64,000 nt of DNA from the human T2T-CHM13v2.0 reference genome, Homo sapiens. The translations under genes and the position numbers were made by a program. How positions within the stretch are numbered: position 1 is the first letter of the stretch; each line of letters begins with the position of its first letter. Below the pieces are notes generated by a model. It made no database searches, had not been told where the DNA came from, and saw only the letters and a program-made list of their open reading frames with translations. Shown piece by piece: positions 37,110 to 50,290 of the stretch. The stretch is taken from the NCBI RefSeq assembly GCF_009914755.1, contig NC_060928.1, one strand, 5' to 3'.

Positions 37110-40100
37110 CCACCACAGTTGTATGAACTCCCTCAAGGAGAGAGCACTGAACTCTTCCAGGGCGGACAACTCAGAAGAGCCACTTCAGGAGGATCCATCT
37201 CTTCAACCTAGACATTTACCCCTTGTCCACCTGACTCTTTGTAATGACTTCTGGATTCTGTTCTCAGCTGTGCTGGGAATACATCTTGATTTGGCTAGGG
37301 TAAAGGCAAGCAGGCACTTGCACGTCTAATTTCTGGCCTCTGGTCAGCTCCAGGTGTTGGACCTGGGCCCTGCAGTATGTCCTGGTGAAGCAGGTTAACT
37401 GGTGGCAGTCTTAAAGGTAATGGGGGAATTGGTATGCTAGGTTTTGGGCTGTCACTGCCTTCTGCCCTATTCCCTTGGCAGAGAACATCATCATCACGTG
37501 GGACAGTTCTTAGTCCCCTTCACTGATGTTCCTGGTAATGCAGTTGTGCTTGGGAGTTAGAAGCCTGCTGTCCCTGTTCAGTTTCTACTGACAATTGTTT
37601 AAATCTGGGATTTCCATGTTTTTCCCCTTGACTTCTGGAGTTCACTCCTTGCCTCTTGGCTTCTTCATAGTCAGAAGGGGAAGCTTGATCAAGAACAGCT
37701 TTTCTAACTCCTAGTGCTGGTCAGTGCTTCTGCGGGTATTCTCAAATGCCCTGTATTGTGCAGAATCCAGATGTTTTTCTTATGGCATACAGTAGAAACA
37801 CTAAGGCCAGAACTGTCTTTGTCCCGGACGTCTTTGCTAACGTAGGAATGCCTGCATGGGAAAGAGAATGGTGTTGCACGGTTGGTGATTAGAATCCTGT
37901 GTGTAGAAAGCTGCCAGTAGCTGTGGGATTGAGTATCCTACACTGTTGCAGATGGCAAGGGGCCCAGTGTGAGGTGGGGGATGACGGGAATCTGAGCCGC
38001 CTGGTTTTCTAACTTAAATCTGGCCTTTCTGTACAAATACTTTATAACACTGTTTCTGTGCCTACTAGAACGTTTGCCTGGATGGGACTTCACAGCACCT
38101 AGCTCATACTGAGCAGTTATAAACAGTTACCTGATGTTTCATGGCCAGGAGCTCACTTTCTAAGGCCCAGTAACATGCTTAGAGATAGCTAGTAGAAGGC
38201 TTATCTGAAAAAGGTGCAGACTTAGGCTAGTATATTAGGGGTGTGCAATATACCTTTTGCTATGGAGTCTGCTAGAGAGCACCCGTGACATCCTCTCCTA
38301 CCATGGATGTAATCCCATAAGAGACAAGGCAACAGCTTAGACCAAAACTAGCTGTGGAGCCCTCATTTGCTTGGAGTCCTCCTCAGAACTTTTAGCCATT
38401 TGAGCCCAGAAAAATGGTTTGAAGTAGTCGAGTGTGATGTATGCTTTCTCTGAAATCCAAAAAATCCTACCTATTTTGAAAGTACACTTCATGGTAGGAG
38501 AAAAAGATGCAAGAAATTCTCCCATAATTTCGAAGTTGGAAGTAACGTCCCTGCATTCCTTAGATAACTAAAAACATCAGTGATGTCACTGAGCCCCTGG
38601 GCTTATAAGTTTCTCCCTGTCTCTGGCGCACAGGTGTTCTCCAGGGTACTTCCTACTTTCCTGTTGCCCAGGTCTGACTTAAGTGATACCAGTAAGTGAC
38701 CCAGCAGGCTCTTCTGGGGAATGTCAGCATAATTGAGACCTCTGCAAATGATATTGGGGCAAAGATCAGGAGAGTTACCTTGAGAGTGAGACTGAATGTA
38801 TACTTTTTCCCATTAAAAAGAAAACTGATAGTGGACCCTCAATGAGGATGAATGAGAGAATGTATTTTTCCAGAATGGCACTAAATGCCAGAAGGGGTAG
38901 TTATTCACCAAGATATACCATAAGTTGCATGAAAGCCATAATACATACTTCATAGTACACTCCCATCTGACATGGGACTCCAGAAGATTAAAGACCAATT
39001 TCAAAAATGCAGTCAAATATAGAATGACATCCCTTCCATACTTAAAACTCCAGAATAGGCACATGAAAGAAGATCCCTGCCCCACTGATTTACTCAGTTT
39101 GAACCAGTGATCAGTGAGGCTTTCTGTGTTTGGCATTCTTCTGACCCCAAGTCCAAGTAACAAGTGTTTCAGAGGGACCATTCTAGGACTGTTTTGAGCC
39201 CTTGGAGCAGCTGTCCCAATACTTTGGGGGCAGGGTATTTTTACTGGTATAAAAACATTCACATAGAAATCCAAGTTTCTCTAGAAGTGGTGTCCTAGCC
39301 CAGGATGCTGTCTAGATGAACAGTCGAGGAGTGACCCACTAGCTTCCCTTAACCAGTGCCCAGGCCTGTGAGATGCCAGGAGCAACCACAGGGAGAGATG
39401 GCAATGACAGCAGCAGGACTTCTTGTTGGGTCTGGTGCCTCATGAACATGCCACATATCCATCCACCACCTCCAGTTGGGAGAAATGTCTTGCCAGAAGT
39501 AGGTCCTTCTGCCAGTCTTCACACATTCTTCATAGCTAGAATGACTTAGAATGCTCAAGCCAGTGATGGAGGGAAAAGGCAGAGCCTAGGAATGAACACT
39601 CCAGAGCTTAGGTTCAGTAAGCCACCTCCACTCAATGTATGCAAGTCTTATCATAGGGCTTGAAAAAGATAATTTCAGGGGGAAAACTCACTGGATGTTT
39701 TTCTAACTTCTATGATCTTTGATGTTACCTGATACTTGTATTGCCCCAATATGATCTGCAGGTGTGTTGATTATACCCTGGTATGCAACAAGATCTTCAA
39801 GGTACCAAGTCACCTACATTCATGCCCAGAAGCTGTTGCAGACTCCAGTCTTCAACTCTTCCTTAAATTTCTGTCCCTTATCCTAATGTTGATTGCCACA
39901 GAAATCACTGAAGCTCCATTCACACCTGTCCCTACTCAGACTGTGGCAGACAGGAATGGAGATCAAGTTCACAAGTCTACCTGTAGGATTGTATGATGCT
40001 TGGGAGGTTCAGGATGCAGGCAGCATGTTCTTAGCAACAGTCCTTGCCCTTTACAGAGCAGACAGGTGAGTGAGGCTCTCTAAAGAGCAACTGTTTGCCA

Positions 40101-40910
40101 TGAGGAGGTAAATAGTTGACTTAACCCCTGCAAGATATGAATTGATCCATACCACAGAATGGTTTCCTTAACTCCCTAATGTCCTTGTGTTATATTACCC
40201 TAATCTGTGTGACATTGTAGAAATGTGGATGGTGTTAATGTCACTTGCCGTTCTAATGCTGTTTCTCGGACTTGGTATCTCCTTAGTTTACCTGATTTGT
40301 TGCTTGATACTTGAGTTAAAGCAACCCTAATCCTAGCAGAAAAACCAACTTAGAGGTGAAAGTTAAGGATTTTTAATGGTAGGTTTGTGAATTTCCCTCT
40401 AAGGGAAGATACAGAACTTTTCTGCCTATTTCATATTTAACCCTTGATTACAGATCCTAGGTAGGCTGGGCTGGATGGGAAAAAGAGGTCCTGTGGTGTT
40501 TGGGGCAGCTGGTCATTGGATTTCTGCCAGCAGAGATGTGTTCTTGGCTGCGGGTTCATTAAGGGTCCTGCAAAGTCCCAAAGAGAGCACAGGGGCAAGA
40601 GGGTGGGATGGGGGCAGCAAGGGGTCCTACCTGGGTCCTGGCTGATCTGGAGTGATGGGGACTGGGATGTGAGGTCCACTTGCCAGGATTAGATGCTTCA
40701 GACTTGTGAAGGGAGACAGGATGGGGAAGGGGACCTTCCTTGGCCAACCTGTCAGTGGGTAAGGCTGAATCACTAAAATCACTGGACAAATGTCTCATGA
40801 TCAAAACGAATGTTGGCAACTTTATTTTTCCAATAAAGCTTGAATATTAGGTGCAATAGTGATAGGTTTTCTGGTCATAGAATGATCTAAAGAGAATCAT
40901 AACACTTTCA
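37110..40910 (-). pseudogene. GON4L/YY1AP1-like pseudogene, copy D (PAH region deleted)
   Basis: 37110-37980 matches 16200-17070 and 31390-32220; 38040-40910 matches 20150-23090. Best motif: GKQLLFREPHSPVCSVKGKD (about 40040-40100) ~ TSKVFMYPELLPVCSLKAKN. HLSLWLLLAS ~ RLPFWLKAS (about 39372-39402). Confidence 0.72.
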
Positions 40911-41049
40911 AGTGAAAGGCTTCTATTTTGTAGAGAGGAACCTTACCAGCCCAGATACCATGTTGGGAAAACCACCAGTCCTTTATTGCTATATGTAACT
41001 GAAAGCAATAGAATTACATGAAGACTAAAACCCTTCATACTGAATATCA

Positions 41050-42310
41050 TGTGGTAAATAACTCACATTTATTTTCAAGTTTGATTCCATCTAGCTGTGA
41101 TCTGCTCTTGAACCCCTCTAGTAAATTTTAAATGTGTTACAGTACTTCAAATTCCAGAATTTATATGGGGTTTTGAAAAACTCTATTGGTATTTTTAAGA
41201 CGTTGTTCTCCATTTCTTCAGTTCCTTTTGACATGGTTTTCTTTACTTTGTAGGTATCTAAAACAACTGAGTTTGGCTAGGAAGTCCAGCTGTTCTGGCT
41301 TGCTCAGGGACAGGGTCTATCAACTACTTAGAACCTGTGTTATCGGCCATACTTTGCCATTTCTTTTCATGCCTCACTTTTTGTTACACTGTATAACTGA
41401 AATAATTGACAACTCTGGAGTTAGAGATTCCCCTGCCTGACTTGCAGGACTTGTTGCTGGCTGTTAAGTGAGTTCTCTAATGCCATGATCTCTACACTTC
41501 ATGTGCGGCCACTGAAGCCTCTGCATGGTTATCTTGGTAGTCGATGATTTAGTAGATATTTCCTTCTTGGCCCAATACTTTGAACCAATAAGTCTCAGTT
41601 ATGACCGAAGGACTCTGTTGGGATGCACCTTCAATTTTCCCTTAGCCTTTTTCTGTGGATCAAGTTCAGCTGGAGATGATACTGGAAGCTTCTCAGGTCT
41701 TTCCTGGGCGTGCACGTAGCCATGCACATGTACGTGGCCTTGGAAGGTCCCAGAAATCTTAGAACTTTGCGAAGCTCCCTGTGAACATCTCCTTTCATGG
41801 TCTATTTGGTCAGTCTCTCACTTCCCCCTAGTAATAGTAATACTGTCTTGAGCATCTGATGTTAAACAATTGCTGCTGACTTATTTTTGTTGACAAAGTG
41901 GGGATTGGGCTGTTGCCAATGAGTGTGCTCTAAGGTAAGTCAGCTAAAGACAACCTGAGAACAGGGCTGCTTCTGGAAGGTGCCAGACAAGTGAAACAAG
42001 TGTCTCTGTGGGGGAGCAAGGACTTTTTGAGGAGGTCCAAATTGCCCCCAACAGTGGCTGGTAGGCGGCTTGTCATCACGGCTAATATGGTTGTGAAACT
42101 TGGGATTTCAAAGGTAGTAAAGAGCTGGGGAGAGTAAGATTGGAGTAAGACAAGTTAAAATGCCACAAACTTACTGCCCTAAGATTGTTGCAAGTGCTTG
42201 GCTGATATCCAGAGTACTGAAAGTTTACTTTTGACAATCTTGTCAGTGTCCTAATAGCTTTTCTATAGGGAGAGACTTGGGAGTTTCCTACTGCCATTCT
42301 GGAAGTTCTA
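41050..42310 (-). mobile_element. Old L1M-type 5'/ORF1 region remnant
   Basis: CTCTAGTAAATTTTAAATGTGTTACAGTACTTCAAATTCCAGAATTT resembles antisense L1M ORF1; the downstream part is weakly similar only. Confidence 0.45.
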
Positions 42311-42699
42311 TAGGGTGAACACTTATAAGGGGAAATTCTTCCAAAGATTTTTCTGCCTTAACTTGTGACCACAGGTCTGTGTACATTGGAGTATGTGAGA
42401 TGCACATCATCTGAGACTGTACTGGATATGGCTTAGGTAAATGTTTTCTCATCTGCCTCACATTCCTTTTTGTCTAGACAGGTTCCTTGTCACCCCAAAA
42501 TACTTGGTATGGTGAAGGTATTATTCCACACAGCAGCCATGGAAAAAAGGAACACTCCAATTTAACTTCAGATAATAAACACTAAATATTGACTACATAG
42601 AGAGTGGGTCGCCAAAGTCGTCTCCCCAAGGTTCCCTCACTTCTGGTCCTCACATCTGAGGGACTCTCAAGGGCAAGATCTTGAGAATTAACAGAGCAA

Positions 42700-43620
42700 G
42701 TAAAGGACTGAATGCAGAAATCTTGAAACCAGATGTATCTTTCAAGTTCATTTTTTACCTGGATGCTGTTGGTAGAAGTCCCAGACAGACTGAGCGCTAG
42801 GCTTACCATAGTCAACACTGATAGCTCTTCCTGGAAGGAGGGGCTCATCTGAGAGACAGGGAAAGAGATCAAGTCTCAATTGTAAAGCCATCACTATGGT
42901 ATCAACAGCTGGGCTTAACTGACTTTTTAGTGGGGCAGCATCATGAGCTAGAGCTATCTATAGTCATTGAGAATGCAACCAGTGGATCTAGTATATCTCC
43001 TTAGTGATGATACCACAGTATATCTGGGGTGCCCCTATGTGCTCCTGATTGCCCCCACAGAAAGTCAGATGAACTGAGCCTGGATAGGTTTGCTCAAGGA
43101 TTTGAGGTTGCTGTTTAGTCCCATGGGATGAGATTAGAAGTTGAGCTTGGTTCGTGGTTCAGTCCCAATGTTTTTGAGAGATCAGAGCTATAAGCTATGT
43201 GGTGGTCTTTATGGTGGGCTGTTTTCTCTGCCTCTAGCTCCTATCAATGGAATCTAGGCTGGTTCAGAGGGACAAACTTTGTGCCTGAGGCTGAGCAGCC
43301 TTCAGAGACTTTGGTTGAAAGTCCAAGTGCTGATAAACAGATTGAAGGAGAAGGAGCTTGTAGTGGGATGCAGGGAACTGACATGGTGCAGTCCTTTGCA
43401 ACTGTGCCAGAAAAATAAGTAGGCACGGGAATGTGGCATGATATGCCCTGCCTCTGCCAGGCTTGCCCAATCATTCCAGAATGCCAGACATCCTGGGTTC
43501 TTTTGAGGAGAAAGAAGTGGCTCTGTACCTACTACAGCAAGGCTACCCAGAAGCCACAGCCAAGTTCCCAGCTCCCATCATCTTGTCATGGAGGCTTTTC
43601 TGGGAAGAGACTTTCTTAGA
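42700..43620 (+). pseudogene. MARK/SMOK-like kinase pseudogene, the only plus-strand copy
   Basis: Single frame 42843-43003 QVSIVK...ELELSIVIENATSG ~ EVRIMK...EKTLYLVMEYASGG. KDLRLLFSPMG*D*KL ~ RDLKAENLLLDADMNIKI. KLCGG ~ TFCGS. LQRLWLKVQVLIN ~ CENLLKKFLILN. DILGSFEEKEVALYLL ~ EIQDSL..EVMATYLL (ORF 43463..43726). Confidence 0.55.
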
Positions 43621-43902
43621 TGTCATATCCCATTTGGCTTTGTTTCTCCATTTCTGCTTCCCAGAAATGTTGGCTAGAATCAAGTGTCCCCAAACTGATA
43701 ATGGGAGAATATTCTACTTTCAATAAATTGTTTTACTTTGTCTAAGTCTCATTTCTTAAAACTCCACAAAATGAGTGTTGAAAGATCTATAACTAGGTGT
43801 ACCTTAGATGTCATGAGATTTAAGTCCTATGCTGGAAGAAGTCCCAACTCATTTGTTCACTGGGACAAAATGCCTGCCCAAGTTTTGGGTTTCTACACCT
43901 AC

Positions 43903-44407
43903 TGTATTAGAGTTCTCTAGAGGGACAGGAATAATAGGTTAGATTTATATATGAAAGGGATTTTATTAAGGATAATTGACTCACATGATCACAAGGTGAT
44001 GTCCCACAACAGGCCGTCTGCAAGCTGAGGAGCAAGGAAGCCAGTCCGAGTCCCAAAATCTCAAAAGTAGGGAAGTCAACAGTGCAGTCTTCAGTCTGTG
44101 GCTGAAGGCAAACCACTAGTGTAGGTCCAAGAGTCGAAAAACTGAAGAACTTGGAGTCTCATGTTTGAGGGCAGGAAGCATGCACCACGGGAGAAAGAGA
44201 GGCTGGAAGACTCAGCCGGTCTGCCCTTTGCATGCCTGCTTCTATGCTGGCAGCTGATTAGATGGTGCCCACCCACACTTGAGGGTGGGTCTGCCTCTCC
44301 CACTTCACTGACTCAAATGTTAATCTCCTTTGGCAACACCATCAGACACATCTAGCAACAATACTTTGCATCCTTCAATCAAGTTAACCCTCAATGATAC
44401 CATCACA
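43903..44407 (-). mobile_element. MLT2A (HERV-L) solo LTR
   Basis: TGTATTAG..CTCTAGAGGGACAG..CTGCAAGCTGAGGAGCAAGGAAGCCAGTCC..CCATCACA; TSD CCTAC/CCTAT. Confidence 0.92.
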
Positions 44408-44779
44408 CCTATATAACTCATGTCAGTTACTGCACTTGTGATGGTATACCCCTTCCTCTTAGCAATCTACGTGCTCTTGAGGGAACAGTTCTGATGTGTC
44501 ACCCTATCCTTAGGCTCACATTCCTTGTAGGGACATGTGGCTGCGAACGTGCTGTTTTTCCGTGGAAACCCCCCATGGATAATCATAAAGGAGAGAATGA
44601 CATTTTCTTAAGCTCTACCTTGCTTTGCAATCCTTGGTTAAGCCTCACCCACATGTGTTGTAGAAACTGTCCTGATCTCCCAAGGGTGGTGCTTCCAAAG
44701 CTAGTTTGCTTTTTCCCAAAGGAGGGTCTGAGCATGGGGAGCAGTGGTGGCCACCATCTGAGCTCCTGCTGGATGACCT

Positions 44780-45700
44780 ATGTTGTCCTTTCATCCTCAT
44801 CTGCCTGATAATGTCATTCCTTTTGTCTTAAGTGTTCCTTCTGAGAACACTTGGGATGATCCAGCTGAAGTCTAAGAATGGTCTAATACTCACTTGTGTA
44901 TGAGCAACTTAGGCCTCGGTGGAGGGAGGTCTTTTGCCATCTTGACTTCCCATCTGTAGGCCTGGAAACGCTGCCTTCTCGTTTGATCCTCCCAGTCATA
45001 AGGAGGCAGCGTGAGATGTGCCTGAAACCTTTCAACTGTGTTCCTGGCAGTGATGAGCCCTTAGTGCACAGTGGACCTGACACAACACTTACCAAGGTGA
45101 AGGGTATCCAAGGCTATCTTGCTTTGACTCTGGCCACAAGTCTGAGGTATGTGATCCTCATCTTGCCTGCCCTTGATAGTGACAGCCTAAGTCATCCTGA
45201 CTTGTCTGAGACTCTTGTTCCTTATGTTTCAAATGCCCTTATAAGGTATTTTTATCTGCAAGTATTTGAGATAGCTTAGTGATGTTTCACCTCGTGGATG
45301 TCCTGGAAGAGACATGCACTCCAACTTATGCTTGCATATGTCCCCAGGATAGTGGGCCTGGACCACTAAGGTCTTCTTTCCAAGGCTCACAGACCAGGGC
45401 TCTCAGATCTCAGCAACTTCATTCTGCTTTTCTATAGGAAGATATCCCAGTGATGGTCTTCATGAGCCATGGGCTCACTATCTTAATGTGGTTGACACCT
45501 TCTGGAATTGCCTGCCTTTGATCTTTATTCCATTGGTTCTGGTTGCTTGGTCAGAAAATGCCTTTTCAGAGATGTACCTTGAAAATATACCAGTTTTTGA
45601 ACCTGGCTAAAGTTTCATTCACCTTGGTTGAGTATCCGACACTTGAAGCTGATGCTGGATGCCCTCTTAAGCCATGCTATCTTAGGTGGGCATACAGGAA
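44780..45700 (-). pseudogene. MARK/SMOK-like kinase pseudogene
   Basis: GYSTKVNETLAR ~ GNFAKVKLAR; VNHIKIV ~ LNHPNIV; LSLSRAGKMRITYLRLVARVKAR*PLDT ~ SMOK-type GKVKIIDFGLGTQVKPGQKL or MARK KLDT; LLMTGR ~ TLVSGS. Confidence 0.58.
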
Positions 45701-47236
45701 AGGATGTGTAAGAAGTGCAGAACTGAACGTGGGAGGATTTAAATCTGTCTCCTGCATTTGCACCTTTCTCTTCTCCTTTGTCATCAATTGCCCTTCTGGT
45801 GAGTGGAACCCTCTGGATGACACCTGAATACCAGTCAGTTGATTAGCAAACTGTTCTCATAGGTTCCCTTAAATTCCCCCTTGGCATGTCTCTTTACATC
45901 TTTATAGGTTCTAAGGATTAGGACAAGGGTGTCTGTGTGTGTCAAGAATCTGCCTACTTACCACTGGCACTCTACAAGGAGGTGACTTTTCACACTTGTG
46001 TGAATGTTTTAATACATAGCAACTGTTGAATCTTACTACTGTGTACCTCCATACAGCTTAAGGGAAAATGACCTGAAGTCTGTAATTTGTTAAACTTAAT
46101 TCTTATTTCCTCCAGAAATTGAGCTCTAAGAACAGTCCATGTCTCACTCATTTGAACAACAGATACTTCCGATCATCCCTTCCCCAGTGATGACAATGGT
46201 GTTCTGGGCTTTGATTTCTTTCTACCTCCAAAGCATCTGAAATCTTGATCTTCAAAGTCATAGTGACTCTTGGTCTCTGCATTACTCTTCATGCACACAC
46301 TTCCTCAGCTTTCAGCACCAGAGGACACCTTGTGGCAATGCAACTGCCTCTGAGAAGGGTGACTCCTCCTCACAGCACTTCCAGCATATAGCTTTTGCCT
46401 GAAATCTGGTTCCCGACGATGAGGAATAGGTAGGACCAAGTCCTGCTCCACACCCAGGTCCACATAATTAGGTCAATGCATGATGTGCACCTTCTCCTTG
46501 CATTGGCTGTCTGTCGTTCTTGGTCCCTTGCCCTGACTTTTGTCACATTCACATCTCCATGTAGTAATGGATGGTTGGATGCAGAAGCTGGATGTTTCTT
46601 GACTTGCACTTCAGAATGAACCCTTTCTCTTGCCCTCCTTTGCACATGCTGTCTCCCTTCTGCCATGGGATGACATAGAAGATGCTTGCCATATGTGGGT
46701 CCCTGGACCTTGGAATTTCAGTTGTTGAATTCCTAATGCTATGCTTTCTGCTATAGTCCTTACTACTTGAGGGGGAAGATGGTCCGAAGTCCTTACCACC
46801 ACATAGTTCTTGGGAGCTGCACTTCTGGTTTGTGCCTGTCCTGCTGGGCTGATAACAATTGTCCAGCCATGAGAACTTCTAATCAGACCAAGCATACTAA
46901 GAATTTATTTTGGACAGAATTAGCAATACCCTTCTATATAAAGTTACTGCAAGAATATGGTGGCTAAAACACCTGTTCATTTGGAAACCAGTGGTAACAT
47001 ACGTCAGCATCTCATTAGGTCCAGATGAGTCCTTGGTGCTCAGAGCCTCCTGGTGTAGAGTACTGCTCGGCTTCCAGTGAGCAGCTCTGCAGTGAAAGTG
47101 TATGTGCTCAGGGCATCCTTAATGTTGCCACTGTTTCACGTTGCTCCAGACATGCAGGATAACTCCACCTGCAGCAGGCTATGTTTGGCAGCCCAGTTCC
47201 AGAGAGTGAATCAACTGAAGCTCCACTCCTTGCAGT

Positions 47237-48376
47237 TATAAACCAAAAAGTATGAGACAATTCTCAGTCAACTTAGTTTATTTTTCCAAGGTTACAAGAC
47301 ATGCCCAGGAGGAAGAAACAGACTCACAGCCTCTGGTCTGTGCCATTCTTGAAAGAGGAAAAGCGGGCTGGAGGGAGAAAGGTGAGGATATTGGTAATCA
47401 ATACGTTGTAAGAGAAAAGGAGCAGGTAGGGGATAGTCAATGGCACATCCCTCTTGGACTCAGTAAATAAGCACTTTACATATGACAAGACAAATACAGA
47501 ATAGGTACCTGTGTAGAGATTTACCTTGTTATCTCTAGCTATCTGCTTTTAGGGACAAAAGGAAAGGCAGCTTTGTTCCCGGAACCAAGCTGGGTTCAGC
47601 TGCGTTTTCTCATGGCCCAGTGAGAAGCAGACTGACTAGCAAAGACTGGAATTTATTGTTGTAACTGGCTACAGGGAGAAGGTTGGAGATAATTTCACCA
47701 GACCAACTCAGTGTTACAATTTTCTCAGCGCTTGTATAGGCTGGGGTTATTTGCCTTCCTGCGGTATGGCATTCACCTAATTCTATGGGTAACTAATTGT
47801 TTCAACTAGAAGGTCAGAGGCCAAAAAAACGCTTTCAAGTCTGATCAAGCTGTGAGGGCCCCAGTACCTTCAAGGCCTGTCTCCCTAAATTCTACTTAAT
47901 TGAGGACCTTGGTACCGGAGTGATTATTTCTATTTTACCTCATTTGCAGTTTGGTCCGGAGAGCTGCCTTAGACTCTCCAATACATCTATTCACACAGCT
48001 GCCTCTGTTAACTTGACTCGTCTGATGTCATCGAGCCCAAGACAGGTCCTGGCAGAAGAAATGTAAGGCTGTCTCCATTATGTTGACTTGCTCCTGGTTT
48101 GGGAGAAGCCTGTGTAGGGCATATGTTTCATTTTTGGCTTTAATACATGGGCATCCATTTCCCTGGGTTTAATTAGCTTTATATTAAAGCAGTGCTGTGG
48201 AAATTTTTAACTGGGGTGTTATACAGGCCTGTCTGCTGGTTGCACAGGCCCGTCCATGTGGCGGTCAGGGAGAATTGGCCTGCCACAGAATCATGCGTGA
48301 CTTGGCTATTGGCTTAAATTTTTCTGGTGGGGGGGCATAGCAAATTGGGGTCCTGGGTTTTTATTTTCCTTTCACA
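47237..48376 (-). mobile_element. MER41-like solo LTR split by a nested LTR
   Basis: TATAAACCAAAAAGTATGAGACA..AGTTTATTTTTCCAAGGTTA and end TTTATTTTCCTTTCACA. Confidence 0.75.
47574..48287 (-). mobile_element. ERV1-class solo LTR (same family as 52291-52971)
   Basis: TG..CA termini; minus-strand start TGTGGCAGGCCAATTCTCCCT; collinear with 52291-52971. Subfamily not assigned. Confidence 0.78.
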
Positions 48377-48522
48377 TAGCTTACCTACATAGCTTACAGA
48401 GAGGCCGGTACCCAACCCACCCCCTGCTCAATTCTATCAGGACTTGGCAAAGTGCCTGTGCATGAGAAGAGCTGAACAAACCCTTCTATGACTAGATAAG
48501 GAACAGCTGCCTTGTCACTATC

Positions 48523-48956
48523 TGTGTTAGTCAGGGGTCACTAGAGGGACAGAACTAATAGATGTATATATAAAGGGGAGTTTATTAAGGAGCATTACCT
48601 CCCACAATTGCAAGGTCCCACAATAGGCCCTCTGCAAGCTGAGGAGCAAGGAAGCCAGTCCAAGTCCCCAAGCTGAAGAACTTGGAGTCTGATGTTTGAG
48701 GGCGGGAAGCATCCAGCATGGGAGAAAGATATAGCCTGGGAGGCTAACCCAGTTGAATCTCTTCACATTCCTCTGTCTGCTTTATATCCTGGCCATGCTG
48801 GTAGCTGATTAGAGGGTGCCCTTCCAGACTGAGGATGGGTCTGCCTCTCCCAGTCCACTGCCTCAAATGTTCATGTTTTCTGGCAACACCCTTATAGACA
48901 CACCCAGAAACAATACTTTGAATTCTTCAAGTTGACACTCAGTTTTAACCATCACA
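48523..48956 (-). mobile_element. MLT2A solo LTR
   Basis: TGTGTTAGTCAGGG..CTAGAGGGACAGAACTAATAG..AACCATCACA; collinear with 43903-44407. Confidence 0.9.
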
Positions 48957-49839
48957 GTTATCATAAGCCTGGTACACTGGCCCCAATCCTCTATATGACC
49001 TCTGCTCATTGGGACTATCCAAGGCTAAGGAGTACTAAGGAGAATTGTCTCTTTGCCCAAAGACATCAAGACTGAGGACAGTACTCACTGATGCTTAGGA
49101 ATTGATGTGTCTGCAGTGTTAACTGTGTAATCTAAATTTGCATGGGGCTCTGTTTCTCTCCCTCTAGACTGTTGAGCAGAACAAATTCTATTGAACTGCT
49201 ACTCACCTTGGAAGGAGCAGGTATCTCCTTCTCGTGACACTTAAATCTGCTCTTGCAGATTCTCAGGTCAATGCAGCATCATCACCTCACCCAGAGGTAA
49301 AAGACTGAATGCAGAATGCATTGAATGCACCAAATGCAGAGTGCTGGGAGCTTCTGCCTTTTCCTCTTCATGGATTGGTATCAACTGAATGTTCTTATCC
49401 CAGAACATCGAGAGATAGTGGCAGTGGTCATTGTCAACATGAGTATTAGTTTTGTTATGTAGGATAATTTCGATATAATTGTTGTACTTCTACCTTAATA
49501 GCTGTATAATATCCAGTAAGGGAGTTTCCAGGGTACTGAGGATACCACGGGAAGGTTTTTCATTGTATACCTAATTTCTTCCACAGAAAATTGAAGTAAA
49601 GACCTACCTTTTGTGTAAGGTTTAATAATTCATGCTTTGGTATTCATGTATTCACTGGAAACTTAGATTGAACACTGGATAATACCCACATCTTTATTTG
49701 GTAAGGGTAAGAAGATACACAGCTGTTTTCCTTGATCATGCTTCCCAGGGAAAGAATACTTCTGAGGCTTCTCATATGAAACTAAAGTGGCTTACTGGAT
49801 TTTTCTGAAAAGACTGAGAGAACAGAGTATCTGTACAAT

Positions 49840-50290
49840 TTTGTTCCTGCTCTAACAAATGACCACCAAGTTTTAATCAAATCTGTATCTTCTCACAAGT
49901 TTGAAGCAGGTCTCATTTGGGTAAGATCATGGTGAGGGCAGGGTTTGTTCCTGTCTTGTTGCTTTGACGACCATTGGATTCTGGACCTTCCCATGTTTAT
50001 AGGTCCCTTCCATTGCTTGACTTGTGGGCTGTTGGTTCATGTGCAATTTCAGGACCCTCTTTCATGTCAAATCAGCGTACATTTTAAATCACTTTCACCT
50101 TTGTTTCTGCTTCTCTTTGTCTATAATTGTTCTGACAGTGGATCCTCCTGGATGAGACCTGGAATCTTAAATTCAGGGCTATGCAACCTTATTTCAATAC
50201 ATTTCCTTGTCTCCTTAGACATTCACATAACAGGTTTACAGGTCCTAAACATTAGGACAGATATATTTTGGGAGGTTATTCATCTGCCTC
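49840..50290. mobile_element. MLT1-type MaLR LTR remnant
   Basis: TGCTCTAACAAATGACCAC..GGGCAGGGTTTGTTCC..ACAGGTCCTAAACATTAGGACA..ATTTTGGGAGG..TCTGCCT. Confidence 0.6.

Larger units (their letters stand above)
46370..49560 (-). pseudogene. MARK/SMOK-like kinase C-lobe/UBA/tail remnant split by three LTRs
   Basis: DNA homology of 47130-47230, 48400-48520 and 49010-49310 to 57290-57400, 57420-57535 and 57560-57870. CKSRFKCHEKE ~ KDRWMNVGHEDD. Confidence 0.5.

Noticed and set aside
5829-40910. Array as SPATA31, C2orf78 or USP17-type repeats, or a satellite
   Set aside because: I found no motifs of those families; the collinear motifs fit GON4L/YY1AP1, and the units are long, diverged and irregular.
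43903-48956. MLT2A pair as a HERV-L provirus
   Set aside because: The first has its own TSD and the interval is not ERVL internal sequence.
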